The position numbers and the translations under genes are program-made. Shown in pieces: positions 40,114 through 49,576 of a stretch of 64,000 bases of DNA. The notes under the pieces are model-generated. The model saw only the letters and a list, made by a program, of their open reading frames with translations, was not told the origin of the DNA and searched no databases. Numbering within the stretch: position 1 is the first letter of the stretch; each line of letters begins with the position of its first letter. The DNA comes from a bacterium (GTDB taxonomy: Bacteria; UBA8248), in assembly GCA_965261085.1 (NCBI GenBank), contig OZ253442.1, forward strand, positions 2,848,001-2,912,000, written 5' to 3'.

Positions 40114-40263
40114 ACTCCCCCCTTGAGGGGGAGTCGGCAAGGAGAGGACGGAGTCCGAAGCCGCGCCGGTGGGGGGAGCTTTTGTTTTGTGGAACCATAC
40201 CCCCCACGCATCAGCCTTCGCACAAACCGCTCGGCTTCTGCTACTCCCCCTCAAGGGGGGAGT
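40114..40263. mobile_element. REPIN/MITE-like element, copy A
   Basis: Terminal inverted repeats ACTCCCCCCTTGAGGGGGAGT / ACTCCCCCTCAAGGGGGGAGT, inner GTGGGGGG/CCCCCCAC. Confidence 0.8.
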
Positions 40264-40309
40264 AATTCCCTGAGGTGAAACCCGCCCGTATCCCGCTACA
40301 ACAGAACCC

Positions 40310-41473
40310 CTACCGGACAGGCCTGATCCTGTAGACCGCGCCTCTCTCCTCGGACAGAAACCAGAGCGCGCCGTCGGGCGCTTCGCGAACGTCGCGGACG
40401 CGGCCTGTCTCGGGGAAGGCCAAACGCTCCACTTCCCTGAAACCGCCTTTGGGGTCCAAGCGCGAGATATGGTCGAATTTGAGCGACCCGACGAAGAAAT
40501 GCCCGCACCAGGACGGCCAAAGCCGCCCCGAATAGATGGCCATTCCCGAGGGCGCGATAGAGGGGTCCCAATAGAAATCCGGCTGTTCCATGCCCTTTTT
40601 CGCGACGCCCACGCCAATTTTGGCCCCCGAATAGTGGCGGCCATAAGAGATGACCGGCCATCCGTAGTTCCGGCCCTTCCTGACCCGGTTTATCTCGTCT
40701 CCGCCCCGCGCGCCATGCTCGACGGCCCAGAGCGCACCCGCCGCGTCGAGCGCGGCGCCTTGGGGGTTCCTGTGGCCCCAGGACCAGATTTCAGGCCGCG
40801 CCCCCGCCCGCCCAACGAAGGGATTATCCGGGGGGACGCTCCCGTCGCGCCGTATACGGATAATCTTGCCGTTGTGGAGGGAGAGGTCCTGCGCCGTATC
40901 GGGGTCTCCCCTCTCGCCGAGCGTCAGAAAGAGTGTCCCATCCGGCGCCTCCACGACCCGCGAGCCGAAATGCCGGCCGCCTCGGGAGGGAGACGCCATC
41001 TCGAAAATAACGCGCAGGTTCTCTAATTTAAGGTTGTCGGATGAAAGGGCGGCAACGGCGAGCGCAGTACCTCCGCCGCGAAGGTAGCGTTTCGAAAAAG
41101 TGAGGAAAATCTCGCGGGTTAATGGAAAATCCCGCGCGGCGGTGACGTCCATAAGCCCGCCCTGCCCCCACGCATAGACTTTCGGGACGCCCGAGACTTT
41201 AATCCTTCGTCCCTTGATATCGAAGTGGTACAGCGCCCCGTCGCGCTCTGTGACCAGAAACGCTCCACCCGGAAGGAACGCCAGCCCCCAGGGCGTATCG
41301 AGACCCCTCGCCACCGCCTCGACCGAAACCGGGCCGCTCATTGTCCGCCGCGTCGCCGCCCAACCCGGCGTGGCGGAAAGCGTCAGGAGCAGTAAAACGA
41401 GGAGACACGGCAGGACGCCGCGACGGTTACTCGCCCTCGGATCAGGCGCTTTGTTTTTCCATGAAATTTTCAT
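40310..41473 (-). CDS. PQQ-dependent sugar dehydrogenase (GSDH/YliI family)
   Basis: PWGLAFLP, GQGGLMD, HFGSR, GHRNPQG, EHGARGGDEIN, NYGWP, SIAPSG, GRVRDV; signal peptide. Confidence 0.92.
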   Translation of the reverse strand: MKISWKNKAPDPRASNRRGVLPCLLVLLLLTLSATPGWAATRRTMSGPVSVEAVARGLDTPWGLAFLPGGAFLVTERDGALYHFDIKGRRIKVSGVPKVYAWGQGGLMDVTAARDFPLTREIFLTFSKRYLRGGGTALAVAALSSDNLKLENLRVIFEMASPSRGGRHFGSRVVEAPDGTLFLTLGERGDPDTAQDLSLHNGKIIRIRRDGSVPPDNPFVGRAGARPEIWSWGHRNPQGAALDAAGALWAVEHGARGGDEINRVRKGRNYGWPVISYGRHYSGAKIGVGVAKKGMEQPDFYWDPSIAPSGMAIYSGRLWPSWCGHFFVGSLKFDHISRLDPKGGFREVERLAFPETGRVRDVREAPDGALWFLSEERGAVYRIRPVR

Positions 41474-41588
41474 GATCTCCCTCCCGGCGGCCTTGGGCCG
41501 ATTCTATCGTGAGAGAAAGGCCGGGTGCTAGTGATCTTCCGAGCAAGGAGCGAGGAATTGCCGACCGATGAGTGGGGGGTGCGCTTTC

Positions 41589-41774
41589 GTAGGGACAGGC
41601 CCCTGTGCCTGTCCTGACTTGTCGACCAACAAAAAGGACAACCACGGAGGCAGACATATATCTCTGACCCTACGGAATTCCTGCAACCGTAATGGAACCG
41701 TAGGGACAGGTCGCGACCTGTCCTTACGCCTTTGCTCGTCATTCCGGCGCATGCCGGAATCCAGGCGGACGGGA
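41589..41774. repeat. Cluster of GTAG-type REPs plus a dRS3/NTS-like palindrome
   Basis: GTAGGGACAGGCCCCTGTGCCTGTCCT (41589), GTAGGGACAGGTCGCGACCTGTCCTTAC (41700), GTCATTCCGGCGCATGCCGGAATCCAGG (41738). Confidence 0.8.
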
Positions 41775-41799
41775 ATTGAAGTAATGTCGTCTGGAAAAT

Positions 41800-41978
41800 A
41801 CTCCCCCCTTGAGGGGGAGTCGGCAAGATGAGGACAAAGTCCGAAGTCGCGCCGGTGGGGGGTCAGCCCCGACTGAGGAAGGAGGGGCTGTTGAGCAAAG
41901 AATAAGGAATCGACCCCCCACCGATTCATCCTTCGCACAAAACGCTCGGCTTCAACGACTCCCCCTCAAGGGGGGAGT
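41800..41978. mobile_element. REPIN/MITE-like element, copy B
   Basis: Same terminal repeats and arms as copy A; carries the hairpin micro-element at 41862-41890. Confidence 0.8.
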
Positions 41979-42160
41979 AATTTCCTAACCAAAAAAGGAT
42001 GGTTCCATCGATTGGGCGGACCTGTGTGTCCGCCCAATCGACTTACGAACCCACTATGATTTGACGAAATCTCTCGTCGCCGATATACCATCGCATGTGT
42101 TCGTCGCCCGCCCTGAAGGATACCCGTTTCCATTTTGACACCGATTGAAGGAGCGAACCA

Positions 42161-43465
42161 TTGCTTGGTGTACTCTCCAAACCCAAGGACGAGATCGACA
42201 TCGCCGACATCCAGCATCTCATCGACTCTGAAGTTCCCGAGGTTGAGCAGATAGAATTCAAGAGTTCCCTGCCAGCAAAGGGAGATGGTTCTCCCGATCC
42301 TTGGATATCCGGCCAAGGGTCGATTGGAGACCGAGCGAAAAACGAAATACTGAAAGAAGCCGTCGCCTTCGCAAACGCACATGGCGGCGCTTTGCTGTTG
42401 GGTATCAAGGAGTCAGAGAGCAAGCCACCCATCGCCACAGAAATCTCGCCCATCCCGCGATGCGCGGAGTTGGCTGAACGCCTGAAGCTGATATTCCGAG
42501 ATCGCGTAGAGCCGCCGCTTCCCGTGCTTGATGTTTTCGCCGTTCCGGCAGAAGGCGAAGCGGGCGTCGTCGTCATCCGTGTCGGGCGCTCGCGGAACGC
42601 CCCCCACCGCGTTACAAAAACGCTCGTTTGCCCGGTTCGGCGAGCCGATAGATGCGAGGAGATGAGCATGCGGGAAATTCAGGATATGACATTGAACGTA
42701 TCGCGGGGTCTTGAGCGGTTGGATAAACGGCTTGCCGAACGTTCCGAACACTTCAGCGATGAATTTAAGCACCTTGAAACTCCTGAGGATGCCTTCGGCT
42801 TCCGTATGACTGCTGCTCCAGTGGGAGATGAAATTCGATTTGATCGTGTTTTTAGTCAGGGAAGAATCACGAAGGAATATGATACCCCGTGGTATACGGT
42901 TGAGCAGGAAAGCAACGGCAACAAACGAGTGTTTGATTATCCGATTGATTGGCCCCCTCAATCTTGGAGACCAATTCTGCGCGGTGCACGAGCGGAACTC
43001 GGCACTGCTTTTCCGGGAGAACTTTACAACTGTTACAGGGAGCTACATGGCGATGGGCTTGTCGAGATTGGGTTCTTCTCAGGCAGTTCGATTATCCGTG
43101 AATCGCCTTTGCCGCCGGACTGGTTTATCGTAATGTTTACGAACCTCTCTGTTTGGGCTGATCACATTCGAAAGCAAACTGATTCCCCAACAACGGAATA
43201 TGCGCTTGAGGTAGAGACACGTACTTTTGGGAACCCAGTGCTCATAGGAAATAACACTGTTTTTTTTAATGCGATGCGTTCAGGAGTAAGCGGCTTAGAG
43301 GGCCATTTCCCGAAACTATTAGATTTGAATTTCCCCAGATATTCCCTAGGCAGTAGCGATGAGATACCCAAACTCCTCGCTTTGTTTCATCGCGATTTCT
43401 GGAATGCTCTAGGTATAGATGCCGGGCAAGAAGAAAATAATTTAATAATAACGGAGGTGGCTTAA
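42161..43465 (+). CDS. Schlafen/AlbA_2 domain protein with an unassigned C-terminal domain
   Basis: EVEQIEFK, KEAVAFANAHGGALLLGIKE, V.RS..APH, R...M...EI; TTG start with GAAGGAG. Confidence 0.85.
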   Translation: MLGVLSKPKDEIDIADIQHLIDSEVPEVEQIEFKSSLPAKGDGSPDPWISGQGSIGDRAKNEILKEAVAFANAHGGALLLGIKESESKPPIATEISPIPRCAELAERLKLIFRDRVEPPLPVLDVFAVPAEGEAGVVVIRVGRSRNAPHRVTKTLVCPVRRADRCEEMSMREIQDMTLNVSRGLERLDKRLAERSEHFSDEFKHLETPEDAFGFRMTAAPVGDEIRFDRVFSQGRITKEYDTPWYTVEQESNGNKRVFDYPIDWPPQSWRPILRGARAELGTAFPGELYNCYRELHGDGLVEIGFFSGSSIIRESPLPPDWFIVMFTNLSVWADHIRKQTDSPTTEYALEVETRTFGNPVLIGNNTVFFNAMRSGVSGLEGHFPKLLDLNFPRYSLGSSDEIPKLLALFHRDFWNALGIDAGQEENNLIITEVA

Positions 43466-43483
43466 TCAGGCGGTTCGCGAATT

Positions 43484-43661
43484 GTGGGGCAACCCCGAGG
43501 AGGGGTTCGCCCCTACCCCACTCTATAACGCTACTCAACAAACAGGGCAGACACACAGGTCTGCCCCTACAAAGCAATTGCCCTTTTCTTCATCCAATAA
43601 CGCGACGCGGGGTAATCCGAACCGCAAGGTGGCTTCAAGGGACGCATATATGCGTCCCCTA
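43484..43661. repeat. Cluster of three GTAG/CTAC-type REP palindromes
   Basis: GTGGGGCAACCCC...GGGGTTCGCCCCTAC, AGGGCAGACACACAGGTCTGCCCCTAC, AGGGACGCATATATGCGTCCCTAC. Confidence 0.75.
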
Positions 43662-43722
43662 CACCTCCATATCAAACGGCTACGCGAAACCCCCTCCCCC
43701 ACAATCCCCGCCAGCATGAAAC

Positions 43723-44034
43723 CTACGCCGTGGCTTCCTCGCGCAGGGGTTTCGTAAACGCGATGGCGGCCACGTCGAAGTACTCGAGGCTCGCGTTGTT
43801 CGCCCGGCGGAAGCTGCGCTGTTTCTCGGAGTTGAACCAGGCGTCGGCGGTGGCCTTGTCCTCGAAGTGATAGACGGACGCCATGCGGCCCGCCTCCTCG
43901 TTCATGCCCCACGTCTTGTCGATGAGGCCGGGCACTTCGTTCTCGAAAAAGGCTGCGGATTTCTCCTTGTCCTCACGAACCTCGGCGAGCGTGGGCGCAA
44001 CGGCGGGATAGTGTAGAATGACCATCATCATCAT
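43723..44034 (-). CDS. YdhR-like dimeric alpha-beta barrel protein (putative monooxygenase)
   Basis: VPGLIDKTW..NEE.G....VY.FED...A.AW; AGGAGG upstream of the ATG run. Confidence 0.65.
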   Translation of the reverse strand: MMMMVILHYPAVAPTLAEVREDKEKSAAFFENEVPGLIDKTWGMNEEAGRMASVYHFEDKATADAWFNSEKQRSFRRANNASLEYFDVAAIAFTKPLREEATA

Positions 44035-44200
44035 AAAGTCCTCCTGGGTGTCTGGATTGGCTTTGGTTGTCATCGTCCTTTTGATGTTCTGCGGGCAATG
44101 ATAGCCCAGGGGAGCGAATCCGCCAAACGCTGTAAGGGCGCGCAGTAGCCGGAAATTTAAGCAAGCAAGAAAACTTCAAGCGAAAAAGGAGTGCGAACAG

Positions 44201-45148
44201 ATGAGTGAGGCGGCGTATCAGGAGATATACGAACGGGCGCAAGCGAACCTGGAAAAATCAGGCGCGGAAAACCCCTACGACATCCTGGGGCCCGACCTGC
44301 CCGGCACCGAGACGGCGCTGGCGGGGTATGAGCGATTCGGCTTGAGAATGCGCCTGATGCTGACGGATAAGGCGGATACCGGGTTCGACTTCATGGGCAA
44401 GAAGCTCAGATGCCCCGTCATGACGGGTTCGATGAGCGCGAACACCCTGGCGGCCCACTGGGCGGATGGTTTCTTGCAAGTCGCCGAGGGCGCGGCGCGT
44501 TTCGGAACGCAATACTGGATAGGCGACTGTGAGGATGATACCTGGCGCGAGGCCGCAGCCTCCTACCCATCCGCCATCCGGGTCGTGAAGCCCTGGCGGG
44601 ACAAGCAGCGCACCTTGGCCTCGCTCAAACTCGCGGAAGACACAGGCGCGTTCGCCGTAGGCATGGATTTCGAATCGGGCTTTTACAACCCCGAATGCGA
44701 ACCGCAAAGAGCGGATGCGCTCGAGGGCTACGTGAAGGCCACGGGTCTTCCCTTCGTATTCAAGGCGGTGGGCTCGGTCGAGACCGCGCGCATCGCCCGC
44801 GACGCCGGGGCTGCGGCAATCATCGTCACCACGCACGGCGGAGCTCACGGGCCTTCGTGGGGCCACCCCGTGGAAATTCTCCCTGAGATCGTGGACGCGG
44901 TGGGGGACGACGTGCTCGTGCTGGCGGAAAGCGGCGTCCGTAGAGGAGACGACGTTTTGAAACTCCTGGCCCGTGGGGCCAAGGGGGTGACTTCGGGCCG
45001 GGGCCTCGTGCTCGGGCTGTTCGCAGGCGGACCGGCAGGCGTGGTCGAGATGCTGGAACTTTTGGAAGAAGAACTCAAAAAATCCATGGTCATGGCGGGT
45101 TGCAAGGATTTGGCCTCGATTTCCGGGGATATCCTGATCCCGAGGTAG
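44201..45148 (+). CDS. Divergent FMN-dependent alpha-hydroxy-acid oxidase-family protein
   Basis: LPFVFK, HGG, ESGVRRGDDVLK.LA.GA..V..GR, EELKKSM..AGC. Confidence 0.8.
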   Translation: MSEAAYQEIYERAQANLEKSGAENPYDILGPDLPGTETALAGYERFGLRMRLMLTDKADTGFDFMGKKLRCPVMTGSMSANTLAAHWADGFLQVAEGAARFGTQYWIGDCEDDTWREAAASYPSAIRVVKPWRDKQRTLASLKLAEDTGAFAVGMDFESGFYNPECEPQRADALEGYVKATGLPFVFKAVGSVETARIARDAGAAAIIVTTHGGAHGPSWGHPVEILPEIVDAVGDDVLVLAESGVRRGDDVLKLLARGAKGVTSGRGLVLGLFAGGPAGVVEMLELLEEELKKSMVMAGCKDLASISGDILIPR

Positions 45149-45249
45149 GTCGAACCCGACAGAGGAGGGAGGGTTCGCCGACTGAAGAAGGAGCGATTGC
45201 GGTTTCCCGACCGAAGAGGTTTGCACTTCTCCTTATGACCTTCAATATC

Positions 45250-45427
45250 ACTCCCCCCTTGAGGGGGAGTCGGTGAGGTAAGGGCGCAAGCCCTCAAGCG
45301 AACCGGTGGGGGGTCAACCTTGACTGAGGAAGGCGAGGCTGCCAAGCGAGGAACGAGGAATTCACCCCCCACCAGCGCGACTTCGGGCTTCGCCCTCGTC
45401 TTGCTGACTCCCCCTCAAGGGGGGAGT
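45250..45427. mobile_element. REPIN/MITE-like element, copy C
   Basis: Same terminal repeats. Its right arm is the reverse complement of the left arm of copies A/B; micro-element at 45313-45341. A GTAG REP follows at 45463-45489. Confidence 0.8.
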
Positions 45428-45505
45428 AATGGCTCGATGACAGCAATCTTCGGTTCGAAATTGTAGGGGCGGGCCCCTGTGCCCGCCCTCGTATGTTGGT
45501 TGCCA

Positions 45506-46597
45506 TCACACCGCATCGGGCAAAAGCGGCAAAAGGTATTTCCCGAAATTGCGGGCTTCCTCATCATGCGGCCAGCCGGAGAGGATGAACGTGGTCGCGC
45601 CCACCTCGATGTACTCGCGCATGGCGTCGGCCACCACCTCGGGGCTTCCCACGAGCATGGTGCCCGCCCCCTGGCGCACGAGGTTGATGCCGGAGAAAAG
45701 CGCAGGGCCGTGCCAGAGTTTTCCCTCCGCCGTCATGGCGTTCATGCGCTGCTGGGAGACGGATTCCACCTGTCCTGCGATCTCTCCAGTGACGGATGAA
45801 CTCTCCCCGTAAGAGGCCGTGCCCGCGATGATGGCCTCGGCCTCTTCCCTGGCCTGCGCGTCGTCCTCGCGCACCAGAATATGGAAGCGCACGCCGAGCT
45901 TGAGATCGCGGCCATGCTCCTCGCGCGCCATTTTCTTCACCTCCTCAAATTCCTCGGCTATCTGCCAGGGGGGTTCCCCCCATTTGAGGAAAACGTCGGC
46001 GTGTTTGGCGATGACTTTTTTCGCCGCGGGCGAGCTTCCCCCGAAATAAAGGGGAGGCCCTCCCCTGCGCGCGGGGCCGGGGAAGACGAAGCCGTCCTCC
46101 ACCTGGTAGTGCGCGCCCTCGTAGTTGACCCTGGCATCCTCATCCGCCCAGAACGCGCGCACGATGTCCAGAAACTCGTCTGCCCGCTCATAGCGCCCGT
46201 CATGATCCGCCCAGTCCCCGTAGCGGCGCGCATCCACGGATGATCCGCCGGGCACGACGTTCACCGTGAGCCTCCCGCCCGAGATGAGATCGAGCGTATT
46301 CGCCTGCTGCACGGCGAAGGTCGGCGTGGTGAGGCCGGGCCTTATGGCGACGCAGAATTTTATACTCCTGGTTTCACGCGCAATCGCCGAGGCGAGGAGC
46401 CAGCCGTCAGAACACGAGGTGTTGCACGGAATGAGCATGTTCGTAAGGCCGCTCACCTCCGCCGTTTTAGCCACGTGGACGAGATAGTCGATTTCGGGGG
46501 GAATCTCGACCTCGCCGGTGCCGAGCCTGGTGGCGTCGCCCCTTTTGTTCGAGGGCAGATACCAGGCGTATTCGATGGGTTGTTTCTTGGTGGTCAT
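45506..46597 (-). CDS. LLM-class flavin monooxygenase, SsuD/SfnG-like
   Basis: WYLP..GD, VAIRPG..PT, SGGRL.VNVV.G, DHDGRYERADEFL, PPLYFGGSS.AA, WGEP, LVGSPE.VA, FILSG.PH. Confidence 0.85.
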   Translation of the reverse strand: MTTKKQPIEYAWYLPSNKRGDATRLGTGEVEIPPEIDYLVHVAKTAEVSGLTNMLIPCNTSCSDGWLLASAIARETRSIKFCVAIRPGLTTPTFAVQQANTLDLISGGRLTVNVVPGGSSVDARRYGDWADHDGRYERADEFLDIVRAFWADEDARVNYEGAHYQVEDGFVFPGPARRGGPPLYFGGSSPAAKKVIAKHADVFLKWGEPPWQIAEEFEEVKKMAREEHGRDLKLGVRFHILVREDDAQAREEAEAIIAGTASYGESSSVTGEIAGQVESVSQQRMNAMTAEGKLWHGPALFSGINLVRQGAGTMLVGSPEVVADAMREYIEVGATTFILSGWPHDEEARNFGKYLLPLLPDAV

Positions 46598-46772
46598 TGC
46601 GTGTGCGTCCTTTAATGCTGTGTTTCATTAAATAAAAATTCGCGTCGTGCCGCCCGGCCCGTAAGTTTGCGAATAAAAACACCCCGCCCGCAAGGGGGCG
46701 AGACATTTAATATGAGCGCCTGCAGATAGCGCGTGGCGGCGGATGCGACGCGCCTCAGGACGCGGTGAGGAC

Positions 46773-48698
46773 TCAGCCGATCATGCCGCCGTCGTCGCGC
46801 GTGATGGCGACCACGGACGAGCGGGGCGTGGTGTCGCCGCCGTCGGGGAAATGGCTGTCTCCCTTTTTCTCGCCGGGGTGCTGGATGCCCACGAACATGG
46901 TCTTCCCGTCCGCGCTCCACTCGATGCCCGTGACCTCGCATTGTCTGGGACCCACCATGAAGCGGCGGATCTCGCCCGTCACCGGGTCGCCCACGAGCAT
47001 CTGGTTGTTGCCCTGCCCGGCGAAGCCCTTGGTGTTCGTGTATTTCCCGTCGGTCTGAATCCACAACATGCCGTTTTTGTCGAACGCGAGGCCGTCGGGC
47101 GAGTTGAACATGTTATAGGGCGTGACGTTTTTGGAACCCGCGTTCGCGCCCTTGTGGACGGCGGGGTTGCCCGCGACCACGTAGAGGTCCCACGAGAAGG
47201 CCGTCGAGAGATGATCGCCTCCGTCCGGCGCCCAGCGCACGATCTGCCCGTAGCGGTTGTTCGCCCGGGGGTTCGGCCCGCCGACGGGAGTGGCGTCGCC
47301 GCCCTTGTTGGGCTTCTTGCCCCGGTTCTTGTTGTTGGTGAGACAGCAGAAGACTTCCGCTTTCTTGGGGTTCGCAGCCACCCACTCGGCGCGGTCCATG
47401 GTGGTGGCTGCAACAGCGGAGGCCGCGATGCGCGTGTCGATGCATATCTCCGCCTGAGAGGCCATTCCCGTGGTTTTGGGCGTAAGCTCCACCCACTCGC
47501 CCCGGCCGTTTTCGTCGAACTTCGCCGCGAAGAGTTTTCCGGTTTCTAAGAGATTCGAGTTGTCCCCGCTCTCGGCGTAGCGCCCATCGCTCACGAACTT
47601 GTAGATGAACTCGCCGCGCTCGTCATCGCCCATGTAGACGACCACCCGGCCGCCTGCGGCGAGCACGACTTCTCCGTTCTCGTGCTTGAAGCGCCCGAGC
47701 GCGGTGCGCTTTTTGGGCGTGGACTTGGGGTCGAGCGGGTCGATCTCGACGATGTAGCCCGCGCGGTTCGGCTCGTTGGGGTGTTTTGCGATGTCGAAAC
47801 GCTCATCCGTCGTCTCCCAGCGATATCCCCAGCCCTTGGCGCCTACGCCGTAACGCTTGAACGCGGGCCCAATCTCGATGTCGGGGTCGCTCGATGAGAA
47901 GTAGCCGTGAAAATTCTCCTCACACGTGAGATACGTGCCCCAGGGCGTCGCGCCGTTTCCGCAGTTGTTCCAGGTGCCGAGCGAGCGCACACCTTGAGGA
48001 TCCGCGGCCGTCTTCATGAGCGCATGGCCCCGGGCGGGTCCGGTGATGTCCATCGGCGTGTCGGGCGTGATCTTGCGGTTATAAGGCGAGTCTTTGACGA
48101 TCGACCATCTACCGTTCTTCCGGGCAATCTCCATGACGGACACCCCGTGGGCCGCTTTGCTCTTTCTCACGTCGTCTGCGGTCGCTGGCTTTCCCCCGCC
48201 CACCCCGCCGTGGATGATGTCCACGTTCACGTATTCGTTGTTGACGGCGAGGACGTTCTTGCCCCCGGCTTGGAAGAGCGACATGCCGTCGTTGTTGTCG
48301 CCGAAGGCGAGTTCCTGGCTCGCGCCCGTGCCGCGCGTCGCGTGGTCAAACTCGGGTCCTCGCGTCCACATGGGGTCTCCCCACCTTGCGACGACGTGCC
48401 AGTTGTAGCCCTTGGGCACGGTGATCGTATCGAGCGTATTGGCGGGCACGGCCTCGAAGCCGAAGCGGTTCGAACCGGCAAAGGCGGAGAGCGGGTCGAC
48501 CCCTCCCGCGCTCATGACGAACGCCGTCGCGGCGAAGGCCGCCCCCCGGCTCAGGAAGCCCCGCCGGGAGATCATCTTGTCCACCAGCTTTTCGAAATCA
48601 GTCGCTTGCGGCCGCGGATAGTGGATTTCGTCGAACTCATCCGGCGAGCATTCCTCATGCGCGGCGAGCTGCGCGTCGCGCGTTCGGTCTTCGTGCAT
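46773..48698 (-). CDS. phoX: PhoX-family alkaline phosphatase (Tat-exported)
   Basis: Tat motif SRRGFL, GDNNDG, NNCGNG.TPWGTYLTCEEN, LGRFKHE, MDRAEW, SPDGL, CEVTG, IQHPG. Confidence 0.92.
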   Translation of the reverse strand: MHEDRTRDAQLAAHEECSPDEFDEIHYPRPQATDFEKLVDKMISRRGFLSRGAAFAATAFVMSAGGVDPLSAFAGSNRFGFEAVPANTLDTITVPKGYNWHVVARWGDPMWTRGPEFDHATRGTGASQELAFGDNNDGMSLFQAGGKNVLAVNNEYVNVDIIHGGVGGGKPATADDVRKSKAAHGVSVMEIARKNGRWSIVKDSPYNRKITPDTPMDITGPARGHALMKTAADPQGVRSLGTWNNCGNGATPWGTYLTCEENFHGYFSSSDPDIEIGPAFKRYGVGAKGWGYRWETTDERFDIAKHPNEPNRAGYIVEIDPLDPKSTPKKRTALGRFKHENGEVVLAAGGRVVVYMGDDERGEFIYKFVSDGRYAESGDNSNLLETGKLFAAKFDENGRGEWVELTPKTTGMASQAEICIDTRIAASAVAATTMDRAEWVAANPKKAEVFCCLTNNKNRGKKPNKGGDATPVGGPNPRANNRYGQIVRWAPDGGDHLSTAFSWDLYVVAGNPAVHKGANAGSKNVTPYNMFNSPDGLAFDKNGMLWIQTDGKYTNTKGFAGQGNNQMLVGDPVTGEIRRFMVGPRQCEVTGIEWSADGKTMFVGIQHPGEKKGDSHFPDGGDTTPRSSVVAITRDDGGMIG

Positions 48699-48773
48699 TT
48701 CCGCTTCCCCCACGTTGTGAGATTCGGGCCAATTCTCGGCGCTTGGGCGCGCCCGCATCAGTCATCTGCGCGG

Positions 48774-48829
48774 ATTATAGCGGCCTCTCATCTCACGCGC
48801 GTTACAAAATGGTGGAAAGTTCATGAAAA
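48774..48829 (-). promoter_or_regulatory. Putative Pho-box promoter of phoX
   Basis: Minus strand has heptamers at 11-bp period, TTTTCAT / TTTCCAC / TTGTAAC / (GTGAGAT), then 10 nt, then a perfect TATAAT. Confidence 0.55.
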
Positions 48830-48928
48830 ACGGGCGATGGCGGTCAACCCCGAACAAGGAGGGGTTGTTGAAAAACCCGGTTTCGAGAGCGGGCGCGTTC
48901 CTCTCGTCTTGCATGGCCACCATATCGA

Positions 48929-49071
48929 CCTCACCCTGAGTAGCCGCCGAAGGTCAAGCGCGACTGAGAAAGGAGCGTTTGTATCGAAGGGCGCTCCCCT
49001 TCGATGCGCTCCCGATGCGCCCCGGCTCTCCCTCGATACGGCGCGCGAGCGCGCCTACTCGGGATGAGGGT
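48929..49071. repeat. Inverted repeat pair of the CTCACCCTGAG...TCGAAGGG type, left copy carrying the micro-element
   Basis: CCTCACCCTGAGTAG...GTATCGAAGGG versus CCCTCGATAC...CTACTCGGGATGAGG. Confidence 0.6.
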
Positions 49072-49124
49072 GGAGTGACGTCGCGGGTAAAACGCGAGTG
49101 ATGAATGTCAAATCCGAGTGAGGA

Positions 49125-49316
49125 GGGGTTGTTGAAAAAGACCCCTTTTTAGAGAGTAGAGGGGACACCCCTTTCGACTGGTAAAAGCAACCCCCCTGTC
49201 CCCCCTTGTCAGGGGGGCTTTTCTTCCACCCCCTCGTCGGGGGGCATCGCCTTTACCCCCCTGACAAGGGGGGACAGGGGGGTTGCTCCCTTGACAAAGG
49301 CTTTTTCAACAGCCCC
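49125..49316. mobile_element. 192-bp MITE with 16-bp TIRs and a 5-bp target-site duplication
   Basis: GGGGTTGTTGAAAAAG / CTTTTTCAACAGCCCC (15/16 match), flanked by GAGGA at 49120-49124 and 49317-49321; empty-site copy at ~49339-49384. Confidence 0.85.
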
Positions 49317-49576
49317 GAGGAGCGAGGATTTGTTTGCCGCGAGTGATGAATGTCAAACCGAGTGAGGAGCGAGGATTTGTTTGCAGACCGACGAGGAGGT
49401 ATTACGCGCATGGGCGGCGAATGCGCCGCAGGCATTTCCCTTGAGGGACTTTTTCAACTCCCCCTCAAGGTGGGAGTGAATATATGACTACTCACCTTTT
49501 GTGACGTAGGGATAGGACGAGACCTATTCGGGTCCTTCCCCTCCCCGGTCGCGATTAATCGCCGCGCCGGAACGGC

